Shown here: positions 55,038-64,000 of the stretch, in pieces
Numbering within the stretch: the stretch's first letter is position 1
Layout of the letters: each line of letters begins with the position of its first letter
Assembly (NCBI GenBank): GCA_963764725.1
Contig: CAVXTM010000001.1
Coordinates: forward strand, 224,001-288,000
Length of the DNA: 64,000 bases
Direction: 5' to 3'
Source: an uncultured Gammaproteobacteria bacterium
GTDB lineage: Bacteria > Pseudomonadota > Gammaproteobacteria > JACCXJ01
Notes under the pieces: generated by a model
The model's input: only the letters and a program-made list of their open reading frames with translations
Databases searched by the model: none
Told to the model about the DNA's origin: nothing
Program-made: the position numbers and the translations under genes

Positions 55038-55361
55038 TCAATACTTCCGCTCGCACTTCACTTCTTCCTTGAATTCATCACGCTTCACCTCCTGCTTGAC
55101 CTTGCATGGGCCGTCCTCAAATTCCTTCTTCCACTCTCCGCCCCATCGTGCACCGACTCCGTCCTTACACTTTATCTCGCGCTTGAACTCTCCGCGCTTT
55201 GATTCGATCTTTACTTCACAGGGGCCATCCCAGAACTCCTCCTTCCATTCGCCTCCCCACCAACGCTTCTTGGCATGGCGACGGTCGTCATCGTAGGCAA
55301 GTACAGTGTTGTGCACACCAAAAATCAGGACTAGGAGAATCGTGATGTGTGATGTCTTCAT
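55038..55361 (-). CDS. Secreted hypothetical protein with two ~35-aa Cys-containing repeats
   Basis: Signal peptide; WGGEWK.EF.DGPC.VK.E.KR.EFK.E.KC occurs twice; GGAGAG RBS. Confidence 0.8.
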   Translation of the reverse strand: MKTSHITILLVLIFGVHNTVLAYDDDRRHAKKRWWGGEWKEEFWDGPCEVKIESKRGEFKREIKCKDGVGARWGGEWKKEFEDGPCKVKQEVKRDEFKEEVKCERKY

Positions 55362-55429
55362 GACTATCTCTCCAAAGGTTAAATGTGGCCAAGATCGAAA
55401 GGCCCTCAGTTCTTAGATTGCGGGCCAAC

Positions 55430-55770
55430 GAACCTGTAGGAAACCTACGGAACTTTCATTGTAGCCGAGGTGCAGATCTGCAACGAATGGTTGGGCAAAG
55501 TGGAGATCTGGGATGCGACATGGCGCACTATAAGCACGACGACCATGGGCAGACGAGGATGATCGCGGTGAGCTACGAACAGCAGATCCTGCCCGGTAGT
55601 TTTAAATTCACGCTCCATCACCTGATCGATAACGATGTCGATCCATCGGTTTTTGAGACCCGTTACCACAACGACGCGAGCGGGGCGCCGGCCTACGATT
55701 CGGCAATCCTCTTGAAGATAATGCTCTACGCCTATTCGAAAGGCATCACCTCCAGCCGCAAGATAGAATG
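55430..55770 (+). mobile_element. IS1182-family transposase N-terminal remnant
   Basis: From ATG 55520: QILPGSF, GAPAYDSAILLKIMLYAYSKGITSSRKIE (DUF772-like), then truncated; probable left end GAACCTGTAG at 55430. Confidence 0.78.
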
Positions 55771-55807
55771 TCTTTTTGACTTTACTGGATGTTGTTGGAC
55801 GGGTGCT

Positions 55808-55894
55808 TGGTGCCGAGAGTGGGAATCGAACCCACACGGGGTTTCCCCCACCAGATTTTGAGTCTGGCGCGTCTGCCTGTTCCGCCACCTCGGC
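55808..55894 (-). tRNA. tRNA-Leu(CAA)
   Basis: 87 nt; anticodon arm CCAGA-CT-CAA-AA-TCTGG, long variable arm, GGTTCGATTCCC T-arm, encoded CCA. Confidence 0.97.
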
Positions 55895-56124
55895 CGGCAC
55901 CTTCGCTTGGCTAGTATAAGGGAACAGGCTTGATCGGAGAACCCGCAGGACGGGAACGCTGCTGGGCTTCCTCCTCGTGGAAATCGGGTTTGGGATGGAG
56001 TGCGTCAACGAGCTGATCTATACTCAGGCCGCGCTGCACAGAGTCGGGCGATTGACAGATTCTGTCTGATCAACTGTTCGGACCCATGAAGTAGTAAATC
56101 GGACGAGGCGCAACATTCTTAGCT

Positions 56125-56328
56125 ATGGCAAGGAAGATCCGGCAGTTGGTAAAGGACCTGACGGATGCCGGATTTTATGAGATCCAGGCCGGAGGTAAGG
56201 GATCACATCGTAAATTTACGCATGCAGGATATCCGGGCGCCGTGACACTCAGCGGCAAGCCTGGCGATGACGCGAAGCCGTATCAGGAAAGGCAAGTTCA
56301 ACGAGCAGTGGAAGAGGTTCTTAAGTGA
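56125..56328 (+). CDS. hicA: HicA family mRNA interferase toxin
   Basis: GGKGSHRKFTH, DAKPYQ; 67 aa. Confidence 0.85.
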   Translation: MARKIRQLVKDLTDAGFYEIQAGGKGSHRKFTHAGYPGAVTLSGKPGDDAKPYQERQVQRAVEEVLK

Positions 56329-56546
56329 AGACGAGCGATAAATACCACAAGTGGGTGGAGTGGAGCGAAGAAAATCAAGCCTACCTTGGAAAATGTCCAG
56401 ACCTCATTACTGGCATTCACGGTGATGATCCCCTACAGGTCTACGGTGATTTGTGCGAGGTGGTGGAGGATGTTATTCAGCATTTTGAATCTGAAGGTCG
56501 TTCTCTTCCTCCACCGAGAGTCCGACCCATGCTTGAGGTAGCGTGA
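56325..56546 (+). CDS. hicB: HicB-like antitoxin (short, no DNA-binding domain)
   Basis: WSEENQAYLGKCPDL, GRSLPPP; 4-nt overlap with hicA. Confidence 0.78.
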   Translation: MKTSDKYHKWVEWSEENQAYLGKCPDLITGIHGDDPLQVYGDLCEVVEDVIQHFESEGRSLPPPRVRPMLEVA

Positions 56547-56600
56547 GAGCTTGTGAAAAAACCTGCTGCGCTCGCTCGCGACGATTGATTCACACGCTCT
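56546..56600. mobile_element. Tiny inverted-repeat element (MITE relic)
   Basis: AGAGCTTGTGAA / TTCACACGCTCT, 12-bp IR with one mismatch, starting at the hicB stop. Confidence 0.45.
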
Positions 56601-56610
56601 GAGGTCTTAG

Positions 56611-56673
56611 ACCGAACAAAGCGCTTCGCCGGACGCGGCACAAGCAGCGCGCCGGTGAACTTCAACATTCGGT
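56611..56673 (+). other. attC-like integron recombination site (63 bp)
   Basis: R'' ACCGAAC, 5-nt spacer, G(C)TTCGCCGG(A)CGCG / CGCGCCGGTGAAC stem with two unpaired bases, 6-nt spacer, R' ATTCGGT (first base A instead of G). Confidence 0.65.
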
Positions 56674-56697
56674 GCTGAGAAGAGGTCAAGTCATGAC

Positions 56698-57132
56698 ATG
56701 CTTCAGACGGTAGCTCAGTTTGTTGCGATGGTCGCATGCGGCTTGTTTGCCGGTGCCGCTGTTTATATTAACCTTGTTGAACACCCTGCACGGATGGAGT
56801 GCGGTACTGAACTTGCCGCAACCGTTTTTGCGCCGAGCTACCGCAGGGCGGCGGTTATGCAAGCGTCACTCGCTGCACTCGGTTTTCTTTCCGCGGTGGT
56901 GGCATGGTTTGCAGGCGGCACGCTTTGGTGGCTGGTTGGCGGTTTACTCCTTGGGCTCGTCATTCCGTTCACCTTAGTAGTCATCATGCCGACGAACCGA
57001 CAGTTGCTCGACCCCACCTTGGACAGAACGTCCTCAACCGCACGCGAGTTACTCGTTCGCTGGGGCCGATTACATGCCGTACGCAGCGTTCTCAGTATTG
57101 TTGCGCTGGTTATCTTGATCGCCAGCGCCTAA
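56698..57132 (+). CDS. DUF1772 (anthrone oxygenase-like) membrane protein
   Basis: GLFAGAAVYINLVEHPAR, PFTLVVIMPTN, RWGRLHAVRS. Confidence 0.85.
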   Translation: MLQTVAQFVAMVACGLFAGAAVYINLVEHPARMECGTELAATVFAPSYRRAAVMQASLAALGFLSAVVAWFAGGTLWWLVGGLLLGLVIPFTLVVIMPTNRQLLDPTLDRTSSTARELLVRWGRLHAVRSVLSIVALVILIASA

Positions 57133-57221
57133 GGAAGCCCTGCAAAGCTATTGCGCCGCCCATCTGCTTTGTCGCGTGCTCGCTCGTCACTCGCCTATCT
57201 ACCTGATATGTCTCGTGACTC
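57130..57221. mobile_element. MITE copy 3 (left part only)
   Basis: TAAGGAAGCCCTGCAAAG...TCGCCTATCTACCTGATATGTCTCG; begins at the DUF1772 TAA stop. Confidence 0.8.
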
Positions 57222-57404
57222 ACACGGCGGCCGACACCGAGCGTTGAGCAGGACCCCCTCCAATCTATTCCCCGGCATCCTTAGCCATCGGGGTTTCATA
57301 CCCCGTGGTGAGCGAAATCAAATTGAACCATCCGCCCGGAGATCCGGGTCGTGGTGCAGGAAGTAGCGCCGGCCTTTGGGCAAGGGGCATCGTCACGGCT
57401 TTCC

Positions 57405-58526
57405 TCAACCGAGTAACTGGGAATTCTTGGTGTTTCTAAACACCACGGGCTTTTCAGCACGCTGGGCGGCCCGCTCGATCGCGCCAAGGACCCGATCATG
57501 GTGGGGCGAGAGATCGCAGACGGGGTCCGCGTTAGCGGCGTCGCCGGTGAGCATGTAGGCTTGGCAGCGGCACCCGCCGAAGTCCTTGAAGCGCTCGGGG
57601 CAGGAGCGGCATGGCTCGCGCATCCACTCGAAACCGCGATAGCGGTTGAAGGCGGCCGACTCGTTCCAGATCCACTCGATGCCGTGGTCGCGGACATTCG
57701 GGAAATCCAGCCCGGGGAGTTGCCGGGCGGCATGGCAGGGGAGCGCGGTGCCATCGGGCGCGATGCAGAGAAACACGGCGCCCCAGCCGTTCATGCAGGC
57801 TTTGGGGCGTTTCTCATAATAATCGGGAACGACATAAAAGATTTTCATCCTGCCTTTCATGCTTTCCTGATAGGCATGGGCGACGGCCTCGGCCCGATCG
57901 AGTTGCTCACGGCTGGGCAGCAAGCGATCGCGGTTGTGAAAGGCCCAGCCGTAATACTGCGTCGTGGCAAGCTCCACGTAGTCGGCGTCGAGGTCGCTGG
58001 CGAGACGCAGCATGTCCGCAATCTGGTCGACGTTATCGCGATGAGTCACAAAGCACAGAACCATCGGGTAGCCATGTTTCTTTACGGCGCGCGCCATCTC
58101 GACCTTGTGCGTGAACGCTTCCGTTCCCGCCAGATAATCGTTGAGATCCTTCCGGCTCGCCTGGAAACTGATCTGGATATGGTCCAATCCGGCCTCGCGG
58201 AACGCTTTGAGGCGAGCCTCATCCATGCCGAGCCCCGAGGTGATAAGGTTGGTATAAAAGCCTAAGGATCGAGCTTCCCTGATTAGAATTTCAAGATCGC
58301 GGCGCACCAGCGGTTCGCCGCCGGAGAAGCCCAATTGCGTTGCGCCTAGCGCGCGGGCTTGGCGCAGCACCGTGAGCCAATCCTCGGTGCTCAGTTCGTC
58401 CTTAGTGCGCGCGTAATCGACGGGGTTCGAGCAGTAGGGACACTGCAGCGGACAGGCATAGGTCAACTCCGCTAGCAGCCACAGAGGCTTAGGCCGCGCC
58501 GCTGATTCGAACCCAGCCGTGCTCAT
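57405..58526 (-). CDS. pqqE: PqqA peptide cyclase (radical SAM/SPASM)
   Basis: [27 protein letters not shown]. Confidence 0.97.
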   Translation of the reverse strand: MSTAGFESAARPKPLWLLAELTYACPLQCPYCSNPVDYARTKDELSTEDWLTVLRQARALGATQLGFSGGEPLVRRDLEILIREARSLGFYTNLITSGLGMDEARLKAFREAGLDHIQISFQASRKDLNDYLAGTEAFTHKVEMARAVKKHGYPMVLCFVTHRDNVDQIADMLRLASDLDADYVELATTQYYGWAFHNRDRLLPSREQLDRAEAVAHAYQESMKGRMKIFYVVPDYYEKRPKACMNGWGAVFLCIAPDGTALPCHAARQLPGLDFPNVRDHGIEWIWNESAAFNRYRGFEWMREPCRSCPERFKDFGGCRCQAYMLTGDAANADPVCDLSPHHDRVLGAIERAAQRAEKPVVFRNTKNSQLLG

Positions 58527-58776
58527 GCGCAGTCTCCATAAAATGCCTGATCTCGTCGCCGATTCTAGCCCCGGAAAACTGCCGCTCGAGGTCGTCGATG
58601 ATGGCGCTCAAGCGGGTTTTCCCGTCGCACCGCGTGAGGATCTCCCCGGCGGTCTTGTTGAGCTTGACCATGCCTTCCGGATACAGAATGACATAGGCTT
58701 GCTGAGCCTCCTCCCACTGCAAGCGAAACAGGGGGGCGATCTGAGGGATGCAGTCATCCGCGAAATGCGCGCTCAT
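58489..58776 (-). CDS. pqqD: PqqA binding protein
   Basis: [22 protein letters not shown]. Confidence 0.94.
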   Translation of the reverse strand: MSAHFADDCIPQIAPLFRLQWEEAQQAYVILYPEGMVKLNKTAGEILTRCDGKTRLSAIIDDLERQFSGARIGDEIRHFMETAHEHGWVRISGAA

Positions 58777-58779
58777 CGC

Positions 58780-59520
58780 TCAAGGCACAACATTGAAATA
58801 CGGCTGGCGGTGATCCACATACGCGAGCCATAGTGCATCGAGCATCGTCCACAACACATCGAGCTTAAACTTTAAAATCGCAAGCGCGCGCTGCTGCTCG
58901 GTACGGCTACGGAAAGTGTCGAGCGTGATCGCCAGCCCGTGCTCGACATCGCGCCGCGCTTCCCGCAACCGCTGGCGAAAGTAGGCATAGCCCGCGGGTT
59001 GGATCCAGGGATAATGCTCGGGCCAACGGTCGAGGCGTTGCTGGTGGATCGCGGGGGCGAAAAGCTCGGTAAGCGAGGAACAGGCAGCCTCTTGCCAGGT
59101 GGCGCGGCGGGCGAAGTTCACATAGGCATCGACCGCGAAACGCACCCCGGGCACTACCCGCTCGTGTGACCACAGCTCCTCGCGCGTGAGCCCCACCGCC
59201 TCGCCAAGCCGTAGCCAGGCGTCGATGCCTCCCTCATCGCCCGCGCTGCCGTCGTGATCGACGATCCGTTGGATCCACTGGCGGCGCACCTCGCGGTCGG
59301 GACAGTTCGAGAGCACGGCGGCATCCTTGATGGGGATGCTCACCTGATAGTAAAAACGGTTCGCGACCCATCCCCGCACGCCATTCTCATCGAGCTTTCC
59401 GCTGTTCATGAGCACGTGGAAGGGATGGTGGATATGATAGTACCGTTCCATGGAACGCAGTTCTTGCTCGAATTGGGCGCGCGTCCACGCGGCGGGCTCG
59501 CTGACGGGCGCATCATTCAC
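58780..59520 (-). CDS. pqqC: Pyrroloquinoline-quinone synthase
   Basis: [23 protein letters not shown]. Confidence 0.96.
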   Translation of the reverse strand: MNDAPVSEPAAWTRAQFEQELRSMERYYHIHHPFHVLMNSGKLDENGVRGWVANRFYYQVSIPIKDAAVLSNCPDREVRRQWIQRIVDHDGSAGDEGGIDAWLRLGEAVGLTREELWSHERVVPGVRFAVDAYVNFARRATWQEAACSSLTELFAPAIHQQRLDRWPEHYPWIQPAGYAYFRQRLREARRDVEHGLAITLDTFRSRTEQQRALAILKFKLDVLWTMLDALWLAYVDHRQPYFNVVP

Positions 59521-60431
59521 AGCACGATCTCCATGCCGTCATACGCCACCTCAATGCCGCGTTCGGTCAGCGCCTGCCGCTCAGGACCGTCCTCGTTGAG
59601 GATCGGGTTGGTATTATTGATATGGATGAGCACCTTGCGCGGCTGTGACAGTGGCTCCAGGATGCTCAACATGCCTCCCTCCCCCGAGAGTGCGAGGTGG
59701 CCCATATCGCTTGCGAGCCTGGTGCTGATCCCGAACCGCAGGAGCTCGTCCTCGGTCCACAAGGTGCCATCGACGAGCACACAATCGGCTTCTGACAAGT
59801 TGCGGTATACCTGGTCGTCGACTTCGCCGAGGCCTGGCGCATAAAACAGGACCTTTGAAGTATCGAGGTCTTCGATCTTGACGCCGATCGTATCGCCGCG
59901 GTGCGGGTTGTGGCGGTGGGGCGAATAAGGGGGCGCCTCGCTTCGCAAAGGCACCGCGGTGAAGCGCAAATTTGCGGCGCGGGGTACGGTGAACGGCTCG
60001 CCGTCGATGGGCAGCGTACGCCATTCGACCCCGCAATAGTATTCCAGCACTCGAAACAGTGGGTAGCCCGTCGTCAGATCTTGATAAACCATGTTGGTAC
60101 AATAGACGTCCAACGGCTGCTTATGTTCGCGTAGCATCATCAAACCGGTGGTGTGGTCGATCTGGGCATCGACCAGCACGATGGCGCAGATCCCCGTGTC
60201 GCGCACGCCGCGGCCTGGCTGCAAGGCCGGCACGGAGACTAACTGGGTGCGTATGTCGGGCGAGGCGTTGAACAGCACCCAGTCGACACCGTTGCCGGAG
60301 ACGGCTATCGAGGATTGCGAACGCGCGCGGGCGCGCAAGGACCCCGTGCGCAGACCCTTGCAATTCGGGCAGTTACAGTTCCATTGGGGAAAACCGCCGC
60401 CAGCGGCGGAACCGAGGACGTGAATACGCAT
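59517..60431 (-). CDS. pqqB: PQQ biosynthesis protein B
   Basis: [35 protein letters not shown]. Confidence 0.97.
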   Translation of the reverse strand: MRIHVLGSAAGGGFPQWNCNCPNCKGLRTGSLRARARSQSSIAVSGNGVDWVLFNASPDIRTQLVSVPALQPGRGVRDTGICAIVLVDAQIDHTTGLMMLREHKQPLDVYCTNMVYQDLTTGYPLFRVLEYYCGVEWRTLPIDGEPFTVPRAANLRFTAVPLRSEAPPYSPHRHNPHRGDTIGVKIEDLDTSKVLFYAPGLGEVDDQVYRNLSEADCVLVDGTLWTEDELLRFGISTRLASDMGHLALSGEGGMLSILEPLSQPRKVLIHINNTNPILNEDGPERQALTERGIEVAYDGMEIVL

Positions 60432-60683
60432 GGATGGCTTGAACGTCGTAAGGGGCGCCATCGTAGCAGAAACGGCGCGCCTTGTCTGACAGGATCGCGG
60501 CGATGATTAGCCCCCGCCAGAATCCGACCGGGTCCGCTCCAGAAGCGAGCGCTGCCGCGCTCGGAACCGGATTAGACCCGCGCACCAAAGTAATTTAAGG
60601 TCATGCTCCGTTATGGAGCCGTCATGCCTATGGATGTCCCACAAAGGTGCGTCGGACCGCTACCGCGCAGCCCAGTGCATGGC

Positions 60684-62051
60684 CTAGGTTAAAAACACGG
60701 CGGCGAGACCCAGGAACACGGAGAATCCGACTACATCGGTCACCGTGGTCAAAAACAACCCTCCGGCAAGCGCCGGATCGATGCCAAGTTTCTTCAGGCC
60801 GAGCGGAATGAGCGTACCCGCCAAGGCCGCAGCGGCTAAATTGGCCAGGAGCGCAAGCCCGAGGATTAAGCCGAGCCCCACGTCCGAAAACCAGGTGGCG
60901 GCTACAAACCCGACCACGACGGCCCAGAGTATCCCATTGCAAACACCCACGGCGATCTCCTTCTTGAGCAGCGATCCTAAGTTATCCTGGCCCACCCGAT
61001 CCAAGGCCAAACCCCGAATCATGATCGTAAGCGTCTGACTGCCGGCGACGCCTCCCATGCCGGCAACGATGGGCATCAGGATCGCGAGCGCCACGATCTC
61101 CTGCAGCGTGGCCTCAAAGCGCCCGATGACCCAGGCCGCAAGAAACGCCGTAATCAGATTGACGCCCAACCACACCGCACGGCGCGGCGCACTCACCGCG
61201 ATCGGTGCGAACATGTCATCCCCTTCGTCCAAACCCGCGAGGCTCATCAGCGAATGGTCACCTTGGTCGCGGATCACATCGACCACATCATCGACGGTGA
61301 TCCTGCCGATCAAGCGGCCGTTTTTATCGACCACCGGCGCCGACACCAAGTCGCGTTGCTCGAACCTCTTGGCCACTTCGGCCGCCGGGAGATCGGCGGG
61401 GATCGCTTCCGGTTCCCTGACCATCACGTTCTCGACCTTGCGATCGGGATCATTTGTAAGCAGGGCCGTAATCGGCAGCAAACCTTGATACCTGTGGTTG
61501 CGATCGACCACCATGAGGTTATCGGTTTTTTCCGGGATCTCGGCGCGCCAGCGCAGATAGCGAATGACAACGTCGAGGTCTACATCACCGCGGACGGTGA
61601 TGGCATCGGTATTCATCAAACCACCGGCCGTATCCTCCGGGTAGTACAAAACCGAAGATACGCGGACACGGTTTTGCTCGTCCATAAGCCGCAACACGCT
61701 ATCGAGCACCGTTTCCGGCAAGTCCTGCAAGATGTCGGCGGCGTCGTCGCTCGCAAGGCCGCGTGTCACATCCGCTACTCTGTCCGCACCCATGTTCTCC
61801 AATAAGCCTGCACGCACCGCATCCTGTGCATGGGATAAGACAGCGCCCTGCTGCTCAGGCGAGATAAGTTGCCACACTTGTAGGCGTTGGTGCGGGGGAA
61901 GGGACTCGATCAGATCGGCTATCTCGGCAGGATGACGATCCGCCAGCTCTTTACCGACGGTGACAAGATCACCTTCCGAAAGCGCGTCTTGCAGTATGCC
62001 CCGGAAGATCTCCGCGGTCTCTTGCCCTGTATTTTGAGATGCTTGGGTCAT
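60684..62051 (-). CDS. mgtE: Magnesium transporter MgtE
   Basis: HPAEIA, TAGGLM, GRITVDD, GIDPALA, TTVTD. Confidence 0.95.
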   Translation of the reverse strand: MTQASQNTGQETAEIFRGILQDALSEGDLVTVGKELADRHPAEIADLIESLPPHQRLQVWQLISPEQQGAVLSHAQDAVRAGLLENMGADRVADVTRGLASDDAADILQDLPETVLDSVLRLMDEQNRVRVSSVLYYPEDTAGGLMNTDAITVRGDVDLDVVIRYLRWRAEIPEKTDNLMVVDRNHRYQGLLPITALLTNDPDRKVENVMVREPEAIPADLPAAEVAKRFEQRDLVSAPVVDKNGRLIGRITVDDVVDVIRDQGDHSLMSLAGLDEGDDMFAPIAVSAPRRAVWLGVNLITAFLAAWVIGRFEATLQEIVALAILMPIVAGMGGVAGSQTLTIMIRGLALDRVGQDNLGSLLKKEIAVGVCNGILWAVVVGFVAATWFSDVGLGLILGLALLANLAAAALAGTLIPLGLKKLGIDPALAGGLFLTTVTDVVGFSVFLGLAAVFLT

Positions 62052-62114
62052 CGGGTATCAATACCTTCGGCGAGCATGCCTCCGACGGCATAGGTGGGAT
62101 TCTGCCGAGGCGCT

Positions 62115-63863
62115 TTAGTTCAAGCCGGCGTTGATGCGTCCGAGCAAGTCGTTTATTTCACTGCTGCTGCTCGCCGCCAGCAGTTGCTCGGAAAGAGACT
62201 TGACCTCCGCGAGGCGGGTATTGTTGATGATTTTCTTTACTTCCAACAAGACCGCCGGGTGCACGCTGAAATCCCGCAAGCCAAGCCCGAGGAGAAGGCG
62301 TATGTAGCGCAGATCGCCGGCCATCTCACCGCACATGGCGACGGGCTTTTTGTGATCCCTAGCCGCCTGGATGATTATGCGGATAAAGCGCAGCACCGCC
62401 GGATGGACCGGATCATACAAATAACTGACCTCGTCATCGACCCGATCTATCGCCATCGTGTACTGAATGAGGTCATTGGTTCCTATCGAGAGAAAATCAA
62501 GCTGCTTGGCAAAAAGGTCGGCGCACATCGCCGCCGCAGGCACCTCGATCATGCCGCCGATGGGCATGTCCGGATCGAAGGGGACGGCGTTTGATCGAAA
62601 TTCCGCGCGGATCTCCGCGATAATCGCGAGCACTTGGTAAAGCTCTTGGAGGTTTGAAAGCATCGGGATGAGAAGCCGCAGCGGCCCGAGGGCCGAGGCC
62701 CGAATGATGGCGCGTAACTGAGGCAGAAACAGTCCCGGCTCCTTGAGACATAGACGCACCGCGCGCAACCCGAGCGCCGGATTCGCAAGCAGCGGCCGTT
62801 CCCGCCCGCTACTACCATCGACCTGCTTGTCGGCTCCCAGGTCCAGCGTTCTAATCGTAATTGGTATGCCTTGCAAGGCATGCAAGGCCTGGGAATACAC
62901 CTGGAACTGTTCTTCCTCGGCCGGCGGACGGTCCCGGTTCATATAGAGATACTCGGTGCGATAAAGGCCGACGCCCAAGGCCCCGACGTTCAGGACCGAT
63001 TCGAAATCCTTCGGCAACTCGATATTGGCTTCCAGGCAAATCATTATGCCGTCCCCGGTCATCGCCGGCGCGCCCTTCAGCTTAATAAGTTCAGCTAAAT
63101 AGACCCGCTCTTGCTGCTGTAATCCTTCGTAATACCGGATCGTCTCAGGGTCCGGATCGACCAAAAGCACGCCCGAGATCCCATCGATGATGACGAGGTC
63201 TTCTTCACGCACGTAGCGGCGCGCTTGATGTAGGCCCACGATGCTCGGGATGCCCAGGCTTCGCGCGAGGATCGCCGTATGTGAGGTCGGACCACCGTGC
63301 TCGGTCGCGAACGCCGCGATGCCGTGATGTTGCATGAGCACCGTATCCGCGGGTGTGAGGTCATCCGCCAGCACGATGTAGCCCCGCAGCCGGCTATCGG
63401 GAACCTCGTGCCGCATTGGGCCCTGATTAAGCAAAATGCGTTGCATGCGATTGACGACGTGATCAACATCATCCTTGCGTGTCCTTAGATAGGGATCATC
63501 CATTTCCTCGAAGACCACCACCAACGCATCGCGCTGGATTTTCAAGGCCCATTCAGCGTTACAGCGCCGCTCGGTAATCAGCCGTGCGGGCTCTTGCGTC
63601 AAGGCCGAGTCCTCCAACATCAATAGATGGGTGTCGATGAACGCAGCGATGTCGGGTGCGGTCGCGGGTGGAATATGGTCCCGGATCGCGCGCAATTGCT
63701 GCCTGGCGGTGAGCACGGCGTGCTCGAACCGGCGTACTTCCGCGACGACATACTCTTCTGTCACACAGTACTCGCTAATGTCGAGCTGGTCGCGGTGGAG
63801 AATATGAGCCCGTCCCATCGCGATGCCTCGAGAGACGCCAACACCGTGGAGGGAAATGCTCAT
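62115..63863 (-). CDS. ptsI: PEP--protein phosphotransferase (PTS enzyme I)
   Basis: GGPTSHTAILARS, GLYRTE, RTLDLGADK, SIGTNDLIQY, CGEMA; no GAF domain. Confidence 0.93.
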   Translation of the reverse strand: MSISLHGVGVSRGIAMGRAHILHRDQLDISEYCVTEEYVVAEVRRFEHAVLTARQQLRAIRDHIPPATAPDIAAFIDTHLLMLEDSALTQEPARLITERRCNAEWALKIQRDALVVVFEEMDDPYLRTRKDDVDHVVNRMQRILLNQGPMRHEVPDSRLRGYIVLADDLTPADTVLMQHHGIAAFATEHGGPTSHTAILARSLGIPSIVGLHQARRYVREEDLVIIDGISGVLLVDPDPETIRYYEGLQQQERVYLAELIKLKGAPAMTGDGIMICLEANIELPKDFESVLNVGALGVGLYRTEYLYMNRDRPPAEEEQFQVYSQALHALQGIPITIRTLDLGADKQVDGSSGRERPLLANPALGLRAVRLCLKEPGLFLPQLRAIIRASALGPLRLLIPMLSNLQELYQVLAIIAEIRAEFRSNAVPFDPDMPIGGMIEVPAAAMCADLFAKQLDFLSIGTNDLIQYTMAIDRVDDEVSYLYDPVHPAVLRFIRIIIQAARDHKKPVAMCGEMAGDLRYIRLLLGLGLRDFSVHPAVLLEVKKIINNTRLAEVKSLSEQLLAASSSSEINDLLGRINAGLN

Positions 63864-64000
63864 TCCGACTCGCCGAATCTGTTAGCCACGAGATCCTCTA
63901 AGCTTGCGATAGCCTGCCCCTCGTCGGGTCCACTCGTAAGGATTTCGATCTCGCTTCCGTTGTGAGCGGCGAGCATCATGACCCCCATGATACTCTTGCC
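63860..64000 (-). CDS. HPr family phosphocarrier protein (C-terminal part, runs off the window)
   Basis: GKSIMGVMMLAA...GPDE...NRFGESE; overlaps the ptsI start. Confidence 0.88.
   Translation of the reverse strand, partial: GKSIMGVMMLAAHNGSEIEILTSGPDEGQAIASLEDLVANRFGESE

Noticed and set aside
55385-56008. 158-aa and 187-aa ORFs spanning the tRNA
   Set aside because: Read-through of the IS1182 remnant and of the tRNA sequence

Overview
GC-rich gammaproteobacterial chromosome segment. The core backbone is leuS-lptE-holA, kdsD-kdsC-lptC-lptA-lptB, amgK-murU, lolC/E-lolD, comEC, aroC, tRNA-Leu(CAA), pqqBCDE, mgtE, PTS enzyme I and a partial HPr gene. Six accessory blocks are interspersed: (1) a low-GC insert after comEC, carrying an ABC-ATPase/TOPRIM (OLD/PARIS-like) gene with integron-cassette-like boundaries and closed by a diverged ~122-bp copy of internal comEC sequence; (2) a four-gene operon of C39-like peptidase, RLAN-RimK ATP-grasp ligase, GCS2 ligase and N-formylglutamate amidohydrolase, suggesting an uncharacterised peptide or amide synthesis-and-turnover system; (3) a sulfur-starvation cluster (oscA, frameshifted porin, sbp, TOBE protein, degenerate EAL protein, in-frame cysT-cysW, cysA); (4) a very GC-rich operon of P3A H+-ATPase, PPK2, truncated K-channel-like gene and SulP; (5) merR-merTPA with a canonical 19-bp-spacer promoter; (6) decayed cassette-like units (attC-like sites, hicAB, DUF1772) and an IS1182 remnant around the tRNA. 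A ~145-bp MITE occurs in three copies. Several small ORFs below the ORF-track cutoff were found by reading the sequence. All family calls come from motif recognition; no database searches were run.
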